From positions 36,006 through 100,005 of the forward strand of contig JAIEOU010000001.1 in the NCBI GenBank assembly GCA_019750255.1: a stretch of DNA of 64,000 nucleotides, written 5' to 3'. Under the pieces are notes generated by a model, which was not told where the DNA came from, did no database searches, and saw nothing but the letters and a program-made list of their open reading frames with translations. Positions within the stretch are counted from its first letter, which is position 1. Each line of letters starts with the position of its first letter. This document shows, one piece after another, positions 8,937-18,482 of this stretch. The stretch is from Patescibacteria group bacterium (lineage in GTDB: Bacteria; Patescibacteriota; Minisyncoccia; Phycocordibacterales; UBA918). A program made the translations under genes and the position numbers.

Positions 8937-9111
8937 TGGAGCCGCCTGTCAGATTCGAACTGACGACCTACTTGCACAAACGAGAACTGGTGAGGGAGCT
9001 TGCTCACGCACCATGTTCGAGTGCAGTGCAAGGAAGCTTTGCTTACACATTACAAGTGGCAATAGTGGGTCCCACCCCACTATTGCCTCTCCCAGCTGAG
9101 CTCAAGGCGGC
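8937..9111 (-). pseudogene. Interrupted/degenerate second copy of tRNA-Thr(UGU) with two structured insertions
   Basis: 8938-8972 is identical to 9127-9161; anticodon segment cattacaagtg at 9048-9058; D-arm and acceptor 5' strand at about 9088-9111; a 75-nt insert (8973-9047) and a 12-bp hairpin (9058-9087) interrupt it; ends in an encoded CCA. Confidence 0.75.
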
Positions 9112-9128
9112 TAGAATTAAAACCTGGG

Positions 9129-9201
9129 AGCCGCCTGTCAGATTCGAACTGACGACCTACTCATTACAAGTGAGTTGCTCTACCAACTGAGCTAAGGCGG
9201 C
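9129..9201 (-). tRNA. tRNA-Thr (anticodon UGU)
   Basis: Reverse complement GCCGCCTTAGCTCAGTTGGTAGAGCAACTCACTTGTAATGAGTAGGTCGTCAGTTCGAATCTGACAGGCGGCT folds into a canonical cloverleaf with anticodon loop CTTGTAA and T-loop TTCGAAT; followed by CCC, not CCA. Confidence 0.97.
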
Positions 9202-9268
9202 TCCCAGGTTTTAATTCACTAAAGCAATGTCGGCTATTATGCCTACTTATAGCTAAACTGCAAGCGAC

Positions 9269-9739
9269 TTATTCCCGCTCGAGCTTTTTAGTCTTCAGCT
9301 TCTGCTTCTCTTTGTCTGTGAGTGCGGTTGATTCTTTATACTCAGCAATAGCGCCCAGGTGCGATGTTGTAGCAGACGCAGTAGCTCCGGAAAGGTGTCT
9401 TTTTCCCCGTCGTTCGGCCCGCAGGGCGCGAGCACGCTTACGGTTAAGGTGGAACCGTTGTTCGAGGTAGTCATACAGAGACACTACCACGCGTAATGCT
9501 GCCTGCAAAAAGGAGTGCAGACTGTAGTACCATGTAAGACGGACGATGTGGTGATCAACGTACCGCAGAAACTTAGCCAACAGAGTAGCGCACGTACTCA
9601 CGCTCCGATCGCCCTGAGCGCGGGCTCCGCTCAAAAAGATACGCATCCCCCGCTTCTCTTCAATACCGACAAGGACGGATAGTGCTACCCACGCCACAAT
9701 TAAACCAGCCAGGGTGAAGGAAAGCACGGTCAAAGACAT
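9269..9739 (-). CDS. Hypothetical membrane-anchored protein
   Basis: N-terminal hydrophobic helix, basic C-terminus; TAAAAT -10 box 6 nt before ATG. Confidence 0.7.
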   Translation of the reverse strand: MSLTVLSFTLAGLIVAWVALSVLVGIEEKRGMRIFLSGARAQGDRSVSTCATLLAKFLRYVDHHIVRLTWYYSLHSFLQAALRVVVSLYDYLEQRFHLNRKRARALRAERRGKRHLSGATASATTSHLGAIAEYKESTALTDKEKQKLKTKKLERE

Positions 9740-9743
9740 GACC

Positions 9744-10328
9744 CTATTTTACCGAAGAACGGTGGAAAGATGCAATCGAGATATTCTCACCAAATTTCTG
9801 TACGGCACCGTTGACCATCTCGCCAATAGTAGTATCTGGATTTTTTATAAACGGCTGCTCCATCAAAATCATGTCTTTGAAGTACGAAGCGAGCTTACCT
9901 TCAAGAATTTTTGCTTTCATCTCTTCTGGCTTCCCTTCTACTTCAGCTGAAAATACCGCCTTCGCCGCTTCAAGCGATTCTGCTGACACAGCATCCTTGT
10001 GGAGATACTTTGGATTAGTAGCGGCTACTTGCATTGCCACTTCCTTAGCCAAAGAAATGAACTCGGGATTCTTAGCCACGAAGTCAGTTTCGCACGCAAG
10101 CACAACCAGGGCTGCCACCTCATTTGTGTTGTGAATATAAGAACCTACCGCACCAGCACCGAGTTCGCGGTCAGACTTTTTGTCAGCAGCTTCACTGCGG
10201 CGCTTCTTCAGAATGACAATGGCCTTCTCCATGTCACCACTTGCTTCCTCAAGCGCTTTCTTGCACTGCATCACCGAAATACCGGTCTGATCGCGGAGTT
10301 CTTTTATTTGAGCTGAAGTGATTTCCAT
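9744..10328 (-). CDS. tsf: Translation elongation factor Ts (short form)
   Basis: IKELRDQTG..MQCKKAL, CETDFVAKN, AMQVAATNP, QPFIKNP; downstream of rpsB. Confidence 0.96.
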   Translation of the reverse strand: MEITSAQIKELRDQTGISVMQCKKALEEASGDMEKAIVILKKRRSEAADKKSDRELGAGAVGSYIHNTNEVAALVVLACETDFVAKNPEFISLAKEVAMQVAATNPKYLHKDAVSAESLEAAKAVFSAEVEGKPEEMKAKILEGKLASYFKDMILMEQPFIKNPDTTIGEMVNGAVQKFGENISIASFHRSSVK

Positions 10329-10412
10329 AAAATTCTAAATGAACAACGTTCGCGAGTAAGAATACTTTTCTTGCACGCACCGAGCGGTACGTACGATTAG
10401 TTCGGGCAGAGG

Positions 10413-11144
10413 TTAGGCGCGCGGTGTGGCAGCAGCAGCACCAAAGGCCGCCACTCCTTCATTGTACGCTTGTGCGAGCTCTCCGAGCACTGTACCAACA
10501 CTTGACTGGAGCGCATCGTTCACGAGTACTGGATACGTAATCTTGGCAACGTCACAGTCAGAACTCAAGATACCGATGATTGGTACTTTCATAAAACGCG
10601 CCTCAGCCACAGCAATCGTATCATGACGTGGGTCAACGACGACAATGAGGTCCGGGATACGAGTCAGGGTCTGGATGCCACCAAAGTAGAAAGCGAGCTT
10701 GTCTGCCTCACGGCCGAGGATGACGCGTTCCTTCTTTGTGTACTTTCGTTCAAGCTCACCACTCTCTCGCTCACGAGTGAGTTCAGCCATCCGATTAATA
10801 CGCTTCTTGATTTCACTCCAGTTAGTGAGCATGCCTCCAATCCAACGATTGACAACAAATGGTGCGCCGAGCTTTTCAGCGGTTTCCCGGACAGCTCGAG
10901 CCGCTTCCTCCTTAGTACCCACAAAGAGGACGGTCTTTCCGGCTCCTACCATACCACGAACGATCCCTTTGGCAGTTTCAATCAGCGCAGCTGATTGTTC
11001 AAGGTCAAAGATGTCATTACCTTGCTTCGTAGTAAAAAGGTACGGCGTAACGGTTGGGTGACGACGGCTTTTTTTGAAACCGAAGTGGGCGCCCGCCTTG
11101 AAAAGGCGTTCGATAAGGGTGTTGTTGGCTGGTGACGATGACAT
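10413..11144 (-). CDS. rpsB: 30S ribosomal protein S2
   Basis: LFKAGAHFG, LFVGTK, RWIGGMLTNW, PDLIVVVDP, VNDD motifs. Confidence 0.97.
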   Translation of the reverse strand: MSSSPANNTLIERLFKAGAHFGFKKSRRHPTVTPYLFTTKQGNDIFDLEQSAALIETAKGIVRGMVGAGKTVLFVGTKEEAARAVRETAEKLGAPFVVNRWIGGMLTNWSEIKKRINRMAELTRERESGELERKYTKKERVILGREADKLAFYFGGIQTLTRIPDLIVVVDPRHDTIAVAEARFMKVPIIGILSSDCDVAKITYPVLVNDALQSSVGTVLGELAQAYNEGVAAFGAAAATPRA

Positions 11145-11203
11145 ATATAACTATAAAAAGCGAGGGTGTCGCTTACGTGGCCACGATGGTACCACAGCAG
11201 GCC

Positions 11204-12187
11204 TTAGTCTGCAACCACTTCAGTATCAGCCGTAGCCGCTTTTAACGCCTCTACAATCGCTCCCAGGTCCCCAGCGAGGATACCCTCGAGGTCGTGCCAA
11301 GACTCCTTGATACGGTGATCTGTAATACGGCTTTGAGGGAAATTGTACGTGCGAATCTTCTCTGATCGATCACCGGTACCAATCTGGTTTTTACGGACAC
11401 TGGCGTGCTTCTTTGCCTCTTCTTCTTCATGCAAGGCTTCGAGCTTGGCTGTCAAAATAGCCAGGGCCTTTTCCCGGTTCTTGAGCTGTGAACGTTCGGT
11501 TTGACACTTGACTTCGATACCGGTCGGACGGTGTACAAGACGGACCGCTGTCTCAACCTTGTTAACATTCTGACCACCAGCACCGCCGGAACGGGAGAAT
11601 TCCATTTCAATATCGGTCAGAGCGACTTCAATAATAGGTTTTTTTCGCATTGGCAAAATAGCCACCGATGCAGTTGAAGTATGAATACGTCCCATCTTTT
11701 CAGTCACAGGAATACGCTGTACTCGGTGCACTCCAGTTTCGTAGCGCAGCGCTTCATACACCTTCGGGCTGACTATTTCGAAAGCTGCTTCCTTGTATCC
11801 GCCCGACGCGGCCCGTGACTCGTGTTCCATCATCCACGTCCACCCCTGCGTTTCTGAGTAGCGCAAGTACATGCGTGCGAGCTCTTCCGCAAACAGCGCT
11901 GCCTCTTCCCCGCCCGCCCCGGCACGCACTTCAAGGACCACGCCGTACGGAACCTCTTCCTCTACGGCCGACTCTTTCAAAATCTTCTCCATCTCACCCC
12001 AGAGGGCCTGACGCTGGCTGTCTAGATCCACAAGCTCGTCTGCTGCTAATTCAGCCATGTCGGGGTCTTCAGCGCTCATAGCGGCCGCCTCATCGCGCCG
12101 CCGCCCCAACTCCTCGAACTGACGCGCCAAAAACTGCGTCTTATGACTGTCTCGGAAGCTCTCGAGTTGTTCGGTGTCAAAATCCAT
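11204..12187 (-). CDS. prfA: Peptide chain release factor 1
   Basis: [28 protein letters not shown] (PxT tripeptide of RF1), [26 protein letters not shown]. Confidence 0.95.
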   Translation of the reverse strand: MDFDTEQLESFRDSHKTQFLARQFEELGRRRDEAAAMSAEDPDMAELAADELVDLDSQRQALWGEMEKILKESAVEEEVPYGVVLEVRAGAGGEEAALFAEELARMYLRYSETQGWTWMMEHESRAASGGYKEAAFEIVSPKVYEALRYETGVHRVQRIPVTEKMGRIHTSTASVAILPMRKKPIIEVALTDIEMEFSRSGGAGGQNVNKVETAVRLVHRPTGIEVKCQTERSQLKNREKALAILTAKLEALHEEEEAKKHASVRKNQIGTGDRSEKIRTYNFPQSRITDHRIKESWHDLEGILAGDLGAIVEALKAATADTEVVAD

Positions 12188-12207
12188 AAAGTGAGTCTAC
12201 AACAGAA

Positions 12208-12251
12208 CGACCCTCTCGTCTCTAGGCCAATGCCAAATGACGAGAGGGTCG
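12208..12251 (-). terminator. Stem-loop after rpmE (terminator or processing site)
   Basis: 13-bp inverted repeat cgaccctctcgtc / gacgagagggtcg. Confidence 0.55.
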
Positions 12252-12265
12252 CACGAGTGCTTTCG

Positions 12266-12535
12266 CTATGCCTTCTTCCTTCGAGTAGTAGCTGCTGCAG
12301 CGCGATTCTTAAAGCGCTCAACACGCCCAGCGGTGTCCATCACTTTCTCTTGGCCAGTATAAAACGGGTGAGAAGCGCTTGAAACGTCCACACGAGCTAC
12401 CGGATATTCATTCCCGTCAGTCCACGTGTCAGTCTCATTACTAGCAATGGTTGATCCGGCAAGAATACGGCTTCCGCTCGAGTTATCGTGAAAAATAACT
12501 GGTCGGTAGTTCTCTGGGTGAATATCTGCTTTCAT
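12266..12535 (-). CDS. rpmE: 50S ribosomal protein L31, type B (Cys-free, zinc-independent)
   Basis: [36 protein letters not shown]; no CxxC. Confidence 0.95.
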   Translation of the reverse strand: MKADIHPENYRPVIFHDNSSGSRILAGSTIASNETDTWTDGNEYPVARVDVSSASHPFYTGQEKVMDTAGRVERFKNRAAAATTRRKKA

Positions 12536-12615
12536 AGTGGTCGCTACTATACCAGAAAGTTAGTTTTAAGCAAACCTGTACAAGTTAAGGTAGTCAAAAT
12601 AAACATCTCCCTGAG

Positions 12616-13992
12616 CTATTCACCAAGAATAGTGATCTCTTGCGCTAACCGAGCCTTACGCTCCATTACCCCGTCGCCATAAAAAGCATTAGCTGGGTTA
12701 TTAGCCCCTCCCCAACCCGCATAGTAACGGAGGGCTGCCAAACGGTCGGTCGCATAGGTGCCACCCGCCCCGTTATCGCGAAGCAGCAGCGCTGTAGCGA
12801 TAAAGGCGTCACGGTTGTTAAACGGATTGGCTGGTGAGTTATTGCCGTTAATGCGACGGATAGCGTCCGCTGACTCGCTGTATACCCAGCCGCTGCCGTT
12901 ATTAACAATACCGCCGTAGGTAGCCCAGGTAGAAGGAATGAACTGTGAAGGACCCATTGCTCCACCCCAGCCAATAAACACACCTCCCCGTGAGAGCGGG
13001 CACGAAACCGAGCGCGTGCGAGTATCAAAACCCAAGATACCGGCAATCGCTAAAAATACCGGCGCGTCACGATCAGGGTGCATAACCGGTCGCCCGCCAC
13101 GGATGTCGTTATAAATACAACTACCTAAATTAGAACCTAGATTAGTTTCTTGCTCGAGAATAGCGAGAATCAGTGCCGCATCAACTCCAGTTACCCGACT
13201 GGCATATTTGGCGAGGGAGACTGCTTCCGGGAACGGAATGCCACCACCACCACCAAGGAGGGTGAAGAGCGCGTTGCGGAGCTGAGCTGCCGTACGCTGC
13301 TGCGACTCAAGGAGCTGCTTGTATTCATGCTCCTCACCTTTTGTTACCGTCAAAATTTTTTCTTTCTCTTTCTCCTTTTGCTCGATTTCTTTCTTTTGTA
13401 ACTCTTGGATTTGCTTCATCTCGGCTTCCGTTTCCTGCTTGCCTTCGAGCTGCGATTTTTGTTCAAAGGTATCTCGACGAATGTGGTGGAGTGCCGACAC
13501 AGACTCATTGAGCGACTGCTTAATGGCATTGAATGAAGCAATGTCCTGGAAGAAGTCAGAAAAATTTTGTCGGGAAAGCATCACTTCTACGAGTGAGTAG
13601 TCATCAATAATGGCGGAGCGCCGGATAAGGTCGGCGAGCGATTCACGCTGGTTTTCGAGCTTACCCTCAAGCAGACCTATCACTTCCTGCTTCTCACCAA
13701 TCTGGTCGTTGATTTGTACAATCGACAGAGACCGGGCCTGGATACCTAACTGGGCTTTTTTTATTTGCCCTTCAATGAGGGCAACGTCACGCTCGAGCGA
13801 CTGACGCTCAATTTGCTTATCCTCTACAAGGACGGCGGTGGTAAGCATCTCACGCTCGACCCGCTGCAGCTCAGCTTCAAGACGCTTTTTCTCTTCTTCG
13901 TTAAGGGGTGCTGCGGTTTGCGCAATCGCGACCGGGATAGAGGTGACTACGAGAACAAGAACAGCACACGCAACAGAGCAAAACCGATACAT
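12616..13992 (-). CDS. Secreted coiled-coil protein with a C-terminal lytic transglycosylase (PcsB-like/SLT-type cell-wall hydrolase)
   Basis: Signal peptide, long heptad coiled coil, then ILAILEQETNLG and GGAMGPSQFIPSTW transglycosylase motifs. Confidence 0.85.
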   Translation of the reverse strand: MYRFCSVACAVLVLVVTSIPVAIAQTAAPLNEEEKKRLEAELQRVEREMLTTAVLVEDKQIERQSLERDVALIEGQIKKAQLGIQARSLSIVQINDQIGEKQEVIGLLEGKLENQRESLADLIRRSAIIDDYSLVEVMLSRQNFSDFFQDIASFNAIKQSLNESVSALHHIRRDTFEQKSQLEGKQETEAEMKQIQELQKKEIEQKEKEKEKILTVTKGEEHEYKQLLESQQRTAAQLRNALFTLLGGGGGIPFPEAVSLAKYASRVTGVDAALILAILEQETNLGSNLGSCIYNDIRGGRPVMHPDRDAPVFLAIAGILGFDTRTRSVSCPLSRGGVFIGWGGAMGPSQFIPSTWATYGGIVNNGSGWVYSESADAIRRINGNNSPANPFNNRDAFIATALLLRDNGAGGTYATDRLAALRYYAGWGGANNPANAFYGDGVMERKARLAQEITILGE

Positions 13993-14014
13993 AAGTACCC
14001 GTTAGTATAACAAA

Positions 14015-14043
14015 ACTCCGTCCAGATAAAACCTGGACGGAGT
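14015..14043 (-). terminator. Terminator after rplY
   Basis: actccgtccag / ctggacggagt 11-bp stem; the A-run on its left gives a U-tail on the minus strand. Confidence 0.65.
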
Positions 14044-14064
14044 CTTATTTTTGGGAAAAGTGAA

Positions 14065-14694
14065 CTATTCAGCCGACTCTTCTGCCTTACCCTTCTTTTC
14101 GACCTCAATGGCCGCCATATCCACCGCAGCTACAGGCTCCTCTACTTCCTCGGCCGGCTCGCCGATAACTACCACCACCTCTTCAGCATCGAGGTCGATG
14201 TCTAGCCCTTTTCCAAATTTGAGGTCAGACACGTGAATCTGCGCACCAATCTCCGCTAGAACAGTGATATCGACGTCGATGTGTGACGGTAAATCAGCCG
14301 GCATACAGGTAACTTCAATTTCATGCAGAATATGGTTTACTACGCCGCCTGCCTTCACTGCTGGAGACTCACCGACCAGATTGAGTGGGACGGTAGCGGT
14401 AATCTTCTTACCCTTCTCAATAGCATAGAAGTCAACGTGAATAATGCCGCCCTTGGTTGGAGCAAAGTCCACATCCTTTACGAGTACCTGCATCGGTGTG
14501 CCGAGACCAGTAAGGTCAATGACCGTTGACTCACCAGCGGTTTTAAATACCTTATCAAACTCCTTCTTTGAGAGCGCTACTGAAAGCGGTGCCTGTTTTG
14601 GTCCGTAGACCACACCAGGAAGGATACCCGCGACACGCAAGGCCTTCGCACTTTTCGTTTCGTCTCGTTTTTCGGCGTTAAGTGTAACTGTCAT
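14065..14694 (-). CDS. rplY: 50S ribosomal protein L25 / general stress protein Ctc
   Basis: LPGVVYG, IIHVDFY, VPLNLVGESPAVKAGG, PADLPSHIDVDIT; start ATG 14694 behind TGcTACAGT. Confidence 0.95.
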   Translation of the reverse strand: MTVTLNAEKRDETKSAKALRVAGILPGVVYGPKQAPLSVALSKKEFDKVFKTAGESTVIDLTGLGTPMQVLVKDVDFAPTKGGIIHVDFYAIEKGKKITATVPLNLVGESPAVKAGGVVNHILHEIEVTCMPADLPSHIDVDITVLAEIGAQIHVSDLKFGKGLDIDLDAEEVVVVIGEPAEEVEEPVAAVDMAAIEVEKKGKAEESAE

Positions 14695-14794
14695 ATGGCG
14701 AGCACTGTAGCACAATTCTATGAGTTCGGCCAGCACAGTACTTTCCCCGCAATCATCCGCTAAGAGCACCCTGGCCGGGGTATACTCATCTCAT

Positions 14795-15802
14795 ATGTCA
14801 CAACAATATGATTTCGTGGCGCTTGGCGACATCCTCGTCGACGCTTTTATAGAATTATCCAAAGACGACGCCGATGTGTCGGTCGACCTTGATACCGGAC
14901 GTCAGACCCTGCAAATGCCCTTTGGGACCAAACTGCCGTATAACGACGTTGTTGTTGTTAACGCCGTCGGCAACTCACCGAATGCTGCCGTAGCTGCGCA
15001 CCGGCTCGGACTTTCGACCGCGCTTGTGACCAACCTCGGTAATGACCGTAATGGTAAGGACTGCCTGGAGGCTTTACGGAATGAAGGCGTGCATACGGAT
15101 TTTGTCCGGATGCACGAGGGCAAGCAAACAAACTTCCACTATGTATTGCGCTACGGTCCTGAACGCACCATTCTTATTAAGCACGAAAAGTTTGATTACC
15201 GTCTACCTGACTTCCCCGTTCCTCCCCGCTTCATCTACTTCTCATCCATTGGCGAACACGGTATTGAGCACCATCACGAAATCGCTCGATATGTTAAAGC
15301 CCACCCAGAAACTAAATTGGTATTTCAGCCCGGCACCTTCCAGATCAAGCTTGGCGTTGAGGCACTCAAGGATCTCTATGAAGTCACTGAAATTTTCTTC
15401 TGTAACAAAGAAGAGGCGCAGCAGATTCTAAAGACCACCGAACAAGATGTCCCAACCCTTATCAGAGGCCTCCGCGCTCTTGGACCAAAGCTCCCGGTTG
15501 TGACCGACGGTCCACACGGTGCCTACGTGATTGATGGTGACGGCGTCGCTTGGCACATGCCGATGTATCCAGACCCAGCACCGCCAGTAGACCGCACGGG
15601 GGCCGGCGACTCATTTTCCGCTACCTTTACTGCCGCGATTGCTCTTGGCCTCACCCCGGCCGAAGCACTCACCTGGGGACCAGTCAACTCAATGTCAGTC
15701 GTGCAGCACATTGGTGCCCAGGCCGGCCTTCTCACACGAGAGAAGCTTACCGAGCTCCTAAACAGCCACCCCGCCGAGTACAGCGCACGCCGACTGTCTT
15801 AA
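14795..15802 (+). CDS. PfkB/ribokinase family carbohydrate kinase
   Basis: GNSPNAAVAAHRLG, NKEEA, VTDGPHG, DRTGAGDSF signature; TATACT at 14781-14786. Confidence 0.92.
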   Translation: MSQQYDFVALGDILVDAFIELSKDDADVSVDLDTGRQTLQMPFGTKLPYNDVVVVNAVGNSPNAAVAAHRLGLSTALVTNLGNDRNGKDCLEALRNEGVHTDFVRMHEGKQTNFHYVLRYGPERTILIKHEKFDYRLPDFPVPPRFIYFSSIGEHGIEHHHEIARYVKAHPETKLVFQPGTFQIKLGVEALKDLYEVTEIFFCNKEEAQQILKTTEQDVPTLIRGLRALGPKLPVVTDGPHGAYVIDGDGVAWHMPMYPDPAPPVDRTGAGDSFSATFTAAIALGLTPAEALTWGPVNSMSVVQHIGAQAGLLTREKLTELLNSHPAEYSARRLS

Positions 15803-15818
15803 TAAGAACCATACGAAC

Positions 15819-15854
15819 ACAAAACACCGTCGGCGTATGCCGACGGTGTTTTGT
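15819..15854. terminator. Bidirectional terminator between the convergent kinase and transketolase genes
   Basis: Perfect 16-bp stem acaaaacaccgtcggc / gccgacggtgttttgt. Confidence 0.85.
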
Positions 15855-15902
15855 AATGTAACATCCTGTCTCTGTGAATGAAGAAACAGTGGATCCAGTG
15901 CG

Positions 15903-16889
15903 TTATTGTGCTCCTTTATGAGCAGCGGCCACAATACTTGCCGTGTCCATACCGTAGTGAGCAATGAGTTCATCAGGTTCACCCGACTGACCAAACTGAT
16001 CATGAACGCCAATGCGCGCAATGCGAGTTGGCCGTACCTCTGAAAGGTATTCAGCTACCGCACCACCGAGACCTCCGGACCGCTGATGCTCCTCTACAGT
16101 AACGAGCGAACGATGTTCTTCTGCAAAGGACAGAAGAGCTTCCGTATCGAGAGGTTTGATTGTGGCCATGTGTAACACCGATGCGCCAATCCCCTGTTCA
16201 TTTAGTTCCTTGGCGGCAACGAGTGCATTATGGAGCAGAGTACCGGTTACGACGATACCTACACGCTTCTCATGCGCTTCGTCTCGAAAGGCTAGCTGCT
16301 CTGCCTTGCCGATCACAAACGGTGACTCAACGGTCGTGGCTACCGGGGTGTTGCTTCGGCCGATACGGATATAGACCGGACCCTCATACTGCGCGGCCGC
16401 GAGCGTCGCCTTCCGCGCTTCATGCTCGTCGGCAGGAGCAATCACTATCATTTTAGGAATGACCCGCATGAGGGCGATATCTTCAATAGCCTGATGGGTA
16501 GCGCCGTCGGGCCCAACCGATACGCCAGCATGGGCACCAATTATTTTTACGTTACTCTCGTTATATGCAATCGTAGTGCGGATCTGTTCCCAATTACGAC
16601 CTGGAGAAAACATAGCGTACGAAGCAATGAAGGGAATCTTACCCATAGCCGACATACCCGCTGCTACTGACGCCATATTCTGTTCGGTTATGCCGACCTG
16701 AATGAACCGCTTGGGAAATTTTTCAGCAAAGGGCAAGGTTCGCGTAGATTCAGTAAGGTCAGCTGAGAGAGCGACAATTCGATTGTCACGCGTACCAGCT
16801 TCAACCAGGCCATCACCATAGCCATTGCGGCTTGGAACCTGCTTTACGTCGCTTGTGCCCACTGCGGGGTCTAGGTGTGATGCAAACAT
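15903..16889 (-). CDS. Transketolase, C-terminal subunit
   Basis: ADLTEST, GITEQNM, GPDGATHQAIED, IKPLD, TVEEHQRSGGLG. Confidence 0.95.
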   Translation of the reverse strand: MFASHLDPAVGTSDVKQVPSRNGYGDGLVEAGTRDNRIVALSADLTESTRTLPFAEKFPKRFIQVGITEQNMASVAAGMSAMGKIPFIASYAMFSPGRNWEQIRTTIAYNESNVKIIGAHAGVSVGPDGATHQAIEDIALMRVIPKMIVIAPADEHEARKATLAAAQYEGPVYIRIGRSNTPVATTVESPFVIGKAEQLAFRDEAHEKRVGIVVTGTLLHNALVAAKELNEQGIGASVLHMATIKPLDTEALLSFAEEHRSLVTVEEHQRSGGLGGAVAEYLSEVRPTRIARIGVHDQFGQSGEPDELIAHYGMDTASIVAAAHKGAQ

Positions 16890-16892
16890 AGC

Positions 16893-17783
16893 TTATGATC
16901 CCTTCTCAATTAAACCGGCAAGGGTTCGTAGTTTCTCCAGCGCCACTTTGGCTTGATCGGTCTTTGGCACACGATCTTCTGGACCCTTTCCTGGTGGGTT
17001 TCCATGCCAACGAAAATCTCGCTCAAACACATCGACACCTTTACTCGCAATGGTGTGAGCAATAATCAATGACGGCTGACTGTACACGGCCTGCGCCTTA
17101 CCGATCGCGTCATTCATAGCCCGAATATTATGACCATCAACCTCCTGCACATCGAAATTAAATGATTCGAATTTTTCAGCGAGAGGCTCAAGTGGCATTA
17201 CGTCCTTGGTATACCCATCGATTTGAATACCATTTCGGTCAACGATAACGATGAGGTTGTGGAGCTTCTCTTTGCCCGCAAGGAGTGCCGCTTCCCAAAT
17301 TTGTCCTTCGTTAAGTTCACCATCTCCAGTCAGGCAGTAAATATATTTAGATGAATACGGATTATCGATGCGTTCAGCAAGCGCCATGCCTACCGCCTGT
17401 GAAAGACCAGACCCCAGCGGACCAGAGGTCGTCTCGAGACCCGGCAATGCTGTCCGATGTGGGTGTCCCTGGAGACGGGTACCAAACTTGCGTAGCGTCA
17501 GTAGCTCTTCGATTTCAAAATAGCCCGCATGAGCGAGTGTGGCATACAGTACTGGGCAGATGTGGCCATTACTCAGTACCAACCGGTCGCGCTCTTCCCA
17601 GTTTGGGTTTTTGGGGTCATGCTTCATCACTTCAAAATAAAGAAGGGCGAAGATATCCGCCATATCAAGTGGACCGGCGGTATGACCACTCCCTGCAGCC
17701 GAAAGCATTTCAATAATACTCTGACGGATAGCATTCGCGGTTAGCTCTAAAGAACGTATATCATCAGAAGTCAGATAATGCAT
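16893..17783 (-). CDS. Transketolase, N-terminal (TPP-binding) subunit
   Basis: AGSGH, RDRLVLSNGH, LQGHP, GPLGSGLS, GDGELNEGQIWE...DRN TPP motif. Confidence 0.95.
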   Translation of the reverse strand: MHYLTSDDIRSLELTANAIRQSIIEMLSAAGSGHTAGPLDMADIFALLYFEVMKHDPKNPNWEERDRLVLSNGHICPVLYATLAHAGYFEIEELLTLRKFGTRLQGHPHRTALPGLETTSGPLGSGLSQAVGMALAERIDNPYSSKYIYCLTGDGELNEGQIWEAALLAGKEKLHNLIVIVDRNGIQIDGYTKDVMPLEPLAEKFESFNFDVQEVDGHNIRAMNDAIGKAQAVYSQPSLIIAHTIASKGVDVFERDFRWHGNPPGKGPEDRVPKTDQAKVALEKLRTLAGLIEKGS

Positions 17784-17834
17784 GTCGAAGATAGTATAAC
17801 AAATCAAAAAATTTCTAGGCGCCGGGGCTGTTAG

Positions 17835-18482
17835 TTAGGTGAGTGTCACGAGGCGATAGTGTGCAGCGGCCGAGTCATCGGATTGTACGACCGCAGAGCC
17901 CGCAATAAACCGAGTCGCACCGGCAGCTTTCAGCCGTGGTAAGGTCTCTTCATTCACGCTCCCATCGACACTAATCTGGAGTTTGGGAAAATTACTCGCG
18001 ACTGCGGCAATGCGCGCAATGGCACGCTCGTCAAACGGTTGGCCCTGAGCACCAATCTGCGCAATACCCATCACTTGTACATAATCAGCCATAGCCAAAT
18101 ACGGGAAAAGCACCTCATCAGGTGTATCCATATGGGCTGACACTCCAACAGTGACTGCACTAGCAGCGGCATACTGCCCGAAGGCAGCTAGCGAAATGGT
18201 CTCAATATGGAAAACAAGCATATCTGCGCCGGCTGCCACCCACTGCTCAGCCGCCGGAAGAGGCTTTTCGACCATCAAATCCACCTCGAGAGTAAAGCGA
18301 TCAGTATCACTTTTAACCTCGAGCGGATCACCAGCTGGCTCATAGGGCCATGAGGTAAACGGTACAAAAACGCCATCGACTACATCTAAATGGAGTTCGA
18401 GAGAAAAACCAAGACGTATAGCGGCTGCGCGTACTGCTTCGCGCGATTCGGGAATGATAGCTGGTACTACTGGCAAACTCAT
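17835..18482 (-). CDS. rpe: Ribulose-phosphate 3-epimerase
   Basis: HLDVVDGVFVP, DLMV, FHIE, QVMG..GAQGQPF, SVDGSVN, AGSA. Confidence 0.9.
   Translation of the reverse strand: MSLPVVPAIIPESREAVRAAAIRLGFSLELHLDVVDGVFVPFTSWPYEPAGDPLEVKSDTDRFTLEVDLMVEKPLPAAEQWVAAGADMLVFHIETISLAAFGQYAAASAVTVGVSAHMDTPDEVLFPYLAMADYVQVMGIAQIGAQGQPFDERAIARIAAVASNFPKLQISVDGSVNEETLPRLKAAGATRFIAGSAVVQSDDSAAAHYRLVTLT

Noticed and set aside
8478-9031. Short minus-strand ORFs sharing peptide repeats
   Set aside because: By-products of the 53-bp direct repeat and the palindromes; no coding signals.
8973-9047. Group I or canonical tRNA intron
   Set aside because: Too short for a group I intron and not in the anticodon loop; removing both inserts would still leave a defective anticodon stem and an extra base.
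8936-9190. 84-aa ORF with an internal repeat (EPPVRFELTTY twice)
   Set aside because: It is the antisense translation of the two tRNA copies.
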